Made by a program: the position numbers and the translations under genes
Shown: piece by piece, positions 58,424-64,000 of the stretch
How positions within the stretch are numbered: the stretch's first letter is position 1
Layout: every line of letters starts with the position of its first letter
Notes under the pieces: generated by a model
The model's input: only the letters and a program-made list of their open reading frames with translations
Told to the model about the DNA's origin: nothing
The model's database searches: none
NCBI GenBank assembly: GCA_963830915.1
Contig: CAWHOE010000065.1
Span: 1 to 64,000, forward strand
Origin: a candidate division FCPU426 bacterium
GTDB taxonomy: Bacteria; Oederibacteriota; Muellerivitia; Muellerivitales; Muellerivitaceae
Direction of reading: 5' to 3'
Length of the DNA stretch: 64,000 bases

Positions 58424-61018
58424 ATGAAAAAGACACAAGGCGAAAGCCTGCCCGAAAATATCCATCGCTACCAATTGCCCAACGGCGCCAAGCTCCTGGT
58501 CAAGGAAGATCCCACCACGCCCGTGGTTTCCCTGAACATCTGGGTGGAGGCCGGTTCCATCGACGAAAAGGCCGACGAAAGGGGCATGGCCCATCTGATC
58601 GAGCACATGATCTTCAAAGGCACGGCTAAAAGGGGTGTGGGAACCATCTCCCGGGAGGTCGAGTCCGCCGGCGGTTATCTGAACGCCTTCACCAGCTTCG
58701 AGCATACCTGTTTTTACGTTGTCCTTCCCGGCGACCGTATTTCCACCGCCCTGGATGTGGAGTTCGACGCCTATTTCAATTCCTCATTCGACGCCGGGGA
58801 ACTGGAGAAGGAAAAAGAAGTTGTTTTCGAGGAAATGCGGATGAGGCGGGACGACCCCTGGAGCTGGTCCTGGGAACTGCTATTCAAGAACATCTTTCAA
58901 AAGAATCCCTACCATTTTCCGGTCATCGGGGACCAGGAAATACTGAAAAAAACCAAAAGAAACCAGTTGGTGGCCTACTACAAGAACCATTACGTTCCCA
59001 AGAACACGGTCATCGCGGTGGTGGGTAATGTGTCCGCCTCGTCCGTGTATGAACAGATGGAAGGATATTTCAAAAAGGGCAGCCCGGCCAAGGCGCCCCG
59101 AAGGGTTTTCAAAACCGACTCAGAACCGACCAAACTGAGGCTTCATTTGGAAGCGGGGGACATCAAACAAACCTACGCCAGCCTGGGCTTTCCGACCGTG
59201 CCTATTTTCCATCCTGACGGACCGGCGTTGGAGATTTTGGATTCGATCCTGGGCGAGGGCGGATCCAGCCGGTTGAACCTGGCTATCCGCGAGAAAAAAC
59301 AATCCGCTGATGAGGTGGGTACGGACCATTTCATCGGGAAATTCGGCGGTTCGTTCGTTTTCCAGGGATTGACGGACAAACACCGTTGCGAGAAATTCCT
59401 CGGGGATCTCATGACGGAGATACAGAATGTGATCGATTCGGGGGTCGAGGAATCCGAACTCAAGAAGGTCAAGAACCGGCTTTTGGCCTCCAAAATATTC
59501 GAAAAACAAAACGTGGATGGGCAAGCCAAGACACTGGGTTATTGGGAACTACTGGGCGATTACCGGATGGAAGATGAATTTCTCAAGTCCTTGAACGAGG
59601 TCACCAGCGAGGACCTGAAAAGGGTGGCGAAGAAATACCTAGCCCCCCAAAGGGCCATCCTGGTCCTTTACCACCCCAAAACCGAGAACTACTCCAAGAA
59701 CCCCGCCCATTGGCAAGGCCTGTTGGGGAAAGCCGCCAAAAACCCCGGCGTGGGCCTATCGGCCAAGCAGCAAACGGCTGGAAATATCGAAATGATCCCA
59801 TTGGCCCATGGGGCCAAGCTTCTATTCAAGCGACGGCCTGGGTTACCCCTGGTTTCCCTGGGGGTATTCTTAAAAGGCGGATTCGTCGACGAGGGAGCGA
59901 AGCTCAGCGGGGTCACCAGTCTTATGTCCAAGTGCCTCCTGAAGGGAACGATCCAAAGGGACCATTCGGAATTCTCAAGCGCGATCGAGGGTTTGGCCGC
60001 CCATCTGGATCCTTTTTTGGAAAAGGATTATTGGGGAATGGTGCTGGATGTTCCCACCCGGTCTTTCGAAGAGGCTTTTGACCTGATGACGGAGGCTTTT
60101 TTGCGGCCGAGTTTCGCTGAGGGGGAGATAGCTAGGGAAAAGAAATTGCAGATCTCCGCTATCCGCCGTTTCAAAGATGACCCCTCTGAATACGCCATGT
60201 TGAAATCGGATGTTTTGACCTTCTCCAACACCCCTTACGCCCATCAGCCCATGGGGACTATCGAAACACTCAAAAAGATCACTCCTCAAATTGTGAGGGG
60301 TTGGCATTCGCGTTACATGACGCCCCGGAACATGACCTGGGTGGCGGTTGGGGACATTGAACCCAAGGAACTCTCCTTATTAATCGATCAAAAATTAAAG
60401 GGTCTCCATTCATCATCGGCCAAGAAGGGGCATGAATTATCGATCGGGGAACTGAACCAGGCCGAATACCAGGAATCCGTGGAAAGCAAACAGACCACCA
60501 TCGTTCTTGGGCTCAGGGCACCCCGGATGGGCTCGCCAGATTATTTCGCCTTTCGGGTCATGAATACTATGTTGTCCGGTATGGGCGGGAAATTGTTCGT
60601 GGAACTTCGCGAGAAGAAAAGCCTGGCTTACAGCGTCCACGCCTCCCATGACGCCGCCTTGCGGGCCGGGATCTATCAGATCTACATCGGATGCTCCCCG
60701 GAAAAGGTGCAGGAAGCGAAAAAAGGCTTGTTGAAAGTGCTTAAGGATTTCACCGAGGAAAAGATCGACCCGCTCGACCTGGAAAGGGCCAAGACCTATA
60801 TGGCGGGGCTGAACAAGATGGGGTTACAGGCCAACCGGTCCCAGGTTTATTCTTATGGCCGGTATGAAATGTCCGGCTTGGGATGCAAAACGGTGGACAA
60901 GATCCCCGCTATCGTCAAGGCCGTCAGCGCTGACGAGGTTCGGGCGATGGCCAAGAAATACCTTATCTCGGACAAGAACACCTGGGTGCTGGTTGGCCCC
61001 CATAAGAAAGGAAAATAG
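58424..61018 (+). CDS. M16 (pitrilysin/insulinase) family zinc peptidase with fused halves
   Basis: GMAHLIEHMIFKGT (HxxEH), NAFTS, EKEVVFEE; second half has LFVELREKKSLAY. Confidence 0.93.
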   Translation: MKKTQGESLPENIHRYQLPNGAKLLVKEDPTTPVVSLNIWVEAGSIDEKADERGMAHLIEHMIFKGTAKRGVGTISREVESAGGYLNAFTSFEHTCFYVVLPGDRISTALDVEFDAYFNSSFDAGELEKEKEVVFEEMRMRRDDPWSWSWELLFKNIFQKNPYHFPVIGDQEILKKTKRNQLVAYYKNHYVPKNTVIAVVGNVSASSVYEQMEGYFKKGSPAKAPRRVFKTDSEPTKLRLHLEAGDIKQTYASLGFPTVPIFHPDGPALEILDSILGEGGSSRLNLAIREKKQSADEVGTDHFIGKFGGSFVFQGLTDKHRCEKFLGDLMTEIQNVIDSGVEESELKKVKNRLLASKIFEKQNVDGQAKTLGYWELLGDYRMEDEFLKSLNEVTSEDLKRVAKKYLAPQRAILVLYHPKTENYSKNPAHWQGLLGKAAKNPGVGLSAKQQTAGNIEMIPLAHGAKLLFKRRPGLPLVSLGVFLKGGFVDEGAKLSGVTSLMSKCLLKGTIQRDHSEFSSAIEGLAAHLDPFLEKDYWGMVLDVPTRSFEEAFDLMTEAFLRPSFAEGEIAREKKLQISAIRRFKDDPSEYAMLKSDVLTFSNTPYAHQPMGTIETLKKITPQIVRGWHSRYMTPRNMTWVAVGDIEPKELSLLIDQKLKGLHSSSAKKGHELSIGELNQAEYQESVESKQTTIVLGLRAPRMGSPDYFAFRVMNTMLSGMGGKLFVELREKKSLAYSVHASHDAALRAGIYQIYIGCSPEKVQEAKKGLLKVLKDFTEEKIDPLDLERAKTYMAGLNKMGLQANRSQVYSYGRYEMSGLGCKTVDKIPAIVKAVSADEVRAMAKKYLISDKNTWVLVGPHKKGK

Positions 61019-61019
61019 T

Positions 61020-61322
61020 ATGTTCGTTCTGGCAAACTTCATTTCGGCGACCGCCGGCTTATTGGATGGAGTGCTTTATTGTTTGGAATTGATCATCATC
61101 GTGCGGGTGATCCTTTCCTGGGCCAATGCCGACCCCTCGAACGCCCTGGTCAAGACCCTTCAGGCGATCTCCGAGCCGGTTTTGAAACCCTTTCGCAAGC
61201 TCATGCCGCCCTGGAAAATGAATGGATTGGATTTATCCCCTGTTTTGGCCATCTTGGCCATTGAATTCATGAAAAGGTTCCTCATTTCCACACTTTTCGA
61301 TATCGCCCAGAAACTAAAATAA
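61020..61322 (+). CDS. yggT: YggT family membrane protein
   Basis: RVILSW..DPSN...SEPVLKPFRK...GLDLSP. Confidence 0.9.
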   Translation: MFVLANFISATAGLLDGVLYCLELIIIVRVILSWANADPSNALVKTLQAISEPVLKPFRKLMPPWKMNGLDLSPVLAILAIEFMKRFLISTLFDIAQKLK

Positions 61323-61362
61323 TCTTCTTATAACCAGCCACTTGTTTTATATTAAATCTCCT

Positions 61363-63768
61363 ATGTTTAACCCTAATCCCCGTGGATTGACATCCACTGA
61401 CCAATCCAACTCAAATCCCGGAAAAAACACCCATCTCTGGGTGATTTGTTTATTTTGTTTCTTCGTTTTTGCCCCCCTTTACAAAGCTTATTCATTGGAT
61501 CTGAACCTAGATCAAGACGCTTATGGCCTGGGGATGGGCGGCGCCGTGGCGGCCATCGCCGGAGGCACGCAAGCGATCCAATGGAACCCGGCTGGAATCG
61601 CCCGGGCTTCCGTTCCCATGATCCAATTGGGTTTAGGGATACTTCCCGCCACAACCGATTTTCATTTGAATACCGGATTTTTATATCCATCGCAGGACGG
61701 GACGGTATTCGCCCTATCCCAATATTCCGAATTCCCCGATTCGCACGGCTCGAACACGGCCTATATCGGGTCCATCGGCCTTCCCTTGAACGCCTCCCGT
61801 GACCTTCTTTTAGGTTTCAACCTGAAATTCTTGGCGCTCACCACGTCGGCCGGATCGATCCAAGACAGCGGAAGGGGATTAGGGTTGGACCTGGGAATGA
61901 GTTACGACCTGCGCAACGCACAGGGAACTCTCGCCTCTTTCGCCCTGGTGGTGAAGGACCTGGATACGGAGATCCGCTTCAACGATACCAATGAACAGCC
62001 CTTGACCCGGACCTTTACTTTGGGAGCCGCCTACCAAAATATCAAAGATACCCGGCTGGAAGTGGATTACCAGATCGTGGACCAGATCCTGCAGAACTCC
62101 AACCTAAGCAACCGCCTGAGGATCGGCGCGGAAAGGTTTTTCGACGATGAAACCTATTCGGCCAGGGTCGGTTTTGACGGTCTTTTTGGCTCTGATGGGT
62201 ATTTTTCCGTGGGAGGAGGGTACCACCCAGCCCAACCCTATGAGATCAGTTACGCCCTGCGTATATCCACCAGCAACGGCCAATTGGATAATTTCTTGAA
62301 TTTGATCTACCGTTTCGATAACTGGACCGAGTCCTCAAAGCCCGTTGAAAAAGTCGAGAGCTCTCCCGAGATCAACATCAGCGAAACCGAGCAGATGGGG
62401 GAGACCATGACCGAGGTGGGCAAGCCCGTATCTTCCATTCCCCTGCGCAAGATGACCATTCAGGTCGAACCCCAAGCCTTTTCCCCCTCAGGCCGGCAGA
62501 AAACCACGGTGATATCCTTCCCGAACGACACCAATGAAGAGATCACCCGGTGGGTCATCCAAATCCAGGATAACCAGGGCAAGGATGTCCGTCGGATCGG
62601 CGGAACGGGGCCCCTTTTACCTTATGTGGCTTGGGACGGGATGAACGATAACGGCAAGATGCTGGAGGAAGGTCAGTACAAGATCCTATTGAAAACCTTC
62701 AACCGGAAAAAGGAACTTTTATCCGATGACCACGCGCAGGTCGAGATCGTCTCGACCAGGTCCCATTTCGAGATCGATGTGAATAATCCTTATTTTTCAT
62801 TCAATAAGACCGGGAAACGCAAAAGCGAAATGGTTTTCACCGTCCACCCCGGGGGATCTTCCGAGGTCAAGACCTGGGATTTTGAGATCAGCGAATCCTC
62901 GACGAACAAGGTGATCTTCGAGGCTCAGGGCGAGAACAAGCTTCCCTCGACGCTCAAGTGGAACGGAAAGGACCTGGATAAAAAAATTGCCGCGGACGGG
63001 ACTTATCTTTGCCTTTTGATCGCCGAGGACAAGGCGGGAAACCCCATCAAGACCGACGCCCTCCAGGTTTTCATCAACAACACTCCCCCCGATCTGAGCC
63101 TCAAGGGAGAGGATAACTGGATCGATTTCAACGCGAAGCATGAATACAAGATCAACCTGGATTCGGCCGATCGGATCGGGTTCCAGGATTGGAAAGCCGA
63201 GATCACCAATGAGGACGGGGACTCGGTCAAGACATTCTCCGGTACGGGACAACCGCCCAAAGAACTATCGTGGGATGGGGTTGATTCCAAAGGGCAGACC
63301 ATCGCGCTTGGGTCCTTCTTGCGCGCCACTTTGACCGCGACGGACAAAGCTGGGAACAGCTCCTCGACCGATCCTTATTCCATCCAGGTGGAGGCCAAGC
63401 CCGCCGCGGGCGGGGAACGCATGAATTTGAACCTCACGACCGTGACCTTTGCCGCCATGAGTTCGGACCTGGATGAGGCGGCGAAAAAGGAGATCAAAAA
63501 AGCCGCCGAATCGATCAAGCCGTATTTGGAAAAGAGCGTCATCATCATCAAAGGATACGCCGCCAACTCGGAAACGGGGGACCTGGTTTCTTTGTCCCAC
63601 GACCGGGCGGAGGAAGTGGAGAAATATTTGATGAAGTCCTTGTCCATACCCTCGAACGGGATCTACGCGGTGGGATACGCCACGAAGAATCCCCTGCCGG
63701 ACGCGTCCGCCCCCGCGGTCGATGATAAGCAAAGGTGCGCGATCATCAGCCTTTCCACCCGGCCCTAA
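61363..63768 (+). CDS. PorV-like barrel + three FlgD-Ig-like repeats + OmpA-like domain
   Basis: GLGMGGA..WNPAGIA; WDGMNDNG, WNGKD and WDGVDSKG repeats; IKGYA, LSHDRAEEV, VGYA. Confidence 0.78.
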   Translation: MFNPNPRGLTSTDQSNSNPGKNTHLWVICLFCFFVFAPLYKAYSLDLNLDQDAYGLGMGGAVAAIAGGTQAIQWNPAGIARASVPMIQLGLGILPATTDFHLNTGFLYPSQDGTVFALSQYSEFPDSHGSNTAYIGSIGLPLNASRDLLLGFNLKFLALTTSAGSIQDSGRGLGLDLGMSYDLRNAQGTLASFALVVKDLDTEIRFNDTNEQPLTRTFTLGAAYQNIKDTRLEVDYQIVDQILQNSNLSNRLRIGAERFFDDETYSARVGFDGLFGSDGYFSVGGGYHPAQPYEISYALRISTSNGQLDNFLNLIYRFDNWTESSKPVEKVESSPEINISETEQMGETMTEVGKPVSSIPLRKMTIQVEPQAFSPSGRQKTTVISFPNDTNEEITRWVIQIQDNQGKDVRRIGGTGPLLPYVAWDGMNDNGKMLEEGQYKILLKTFNRKKELLSDDHAQVEIVSTRSHFEIDVNNPYFSFNKTGKRKSEMVFTVHPGGSSEVKTWDFEISESSTNKVIFEAQGENKLPSTLKWNGKDLDKKIAADGTYLCLLIAEDKAGNPIKTDALQVFINNTPPDLSLKGEDNWIDFNAKHEYKINLDSADRIGFQDWKAEITNEDGDSVKTFSGTGQPPKELSWDGVDSKGQTIALGSFLRATLTATDKAGNSSSTDPYSIQVEAKPAAGGERMNLNLTTVTFAAMSSDLDEAAKKEIKKAAESIKPYLEKSVIIIKGYAANSETGDLVSLSHDRAEEVEKYLMKSLSIPSNGIYAVGYATKNPLPDASAPAVDDKQRCAIISLSTRP

Positions 63769-63860
63769 CCCTTCTCCAATCCCATTCCTTTTTCCAAAGT
63801 TTGACGAAATTTGTTAAACTGTAAGCCAGTTATCCTTCCTCAAGGAATGGGCTAGAATCC

Positions 63861-64000
63861 ATGAATAAGATCATCTGGGTCCTATTGTTGGCCGCTTTAG
63901 CGTTGGGTCTAAGCCAATTCCTCCTCAGAGAAAACCATAAAGTCCTTCAAGATAAATTGGTCACCCATCTAACCGTTTGGAATATGCCGCCCAAATCACT
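63861..64000 (+). CDS. Start of a hypothetical membrane/secreted protein (truncated by window edge)
   Basis: MNKIIWVLLLAALALGLSQF..., open to the window end. Confidence 0.5.
   Translation, partial: MNKIIWVLLLAALALGLSQFLLRENHKVLQDKLVTHLTVWNMPPKS

Overview
Bacterial chromosomal window from a diderm organism; the Thr/Pro-rich secreted proteins plus PorV-like barrels are reminiscent of candidate phylum FCPU426, which is inference only. Left part: fatty-acid operon (plsX-fabH-fabD-fabG-acpP-fabF-rnc), an envelope cluster (PpiD-like PPIase, PorV-like barrels, TPR proteins, tRNA-Gly), and rplU-rpmA-obgE-proB-[J-TPR/Hsp70]-nadD-comFB-rsfS. Middle: a ~3100-aa lectin/(TNTA)n surface protein, purA, tRNA-Lys, and GH9 and GH5 multidomain enzymes; all three large proteins end in T9SS-like C-terminal domains. 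Right part: PAS/GAF-GGDEF-EAL, a ~5-kb array of five co-oriented AT-rich genes, a 15-aa Lys-rich micro-ORF, an MNT-HEPN pair, smpB, rnr, tRNA-Leu, an M16 peptidase, yggT and another PorV-like/OmpA fusion. The most novel-looking signal is that array (49341-54438). Its genes are separated by copies of a 30-32 bp imperfect palindrome (TTGTCCACGAC-N8/10-RTCGTGGACAA), and two junctions carry a duplicated ~119-bp double-hairpin element. It looks like an integron-style cassette array with non-attC sites, but no recombinase is in the window. Three genes carry +1 frameshifts that are probably sequencing errors.
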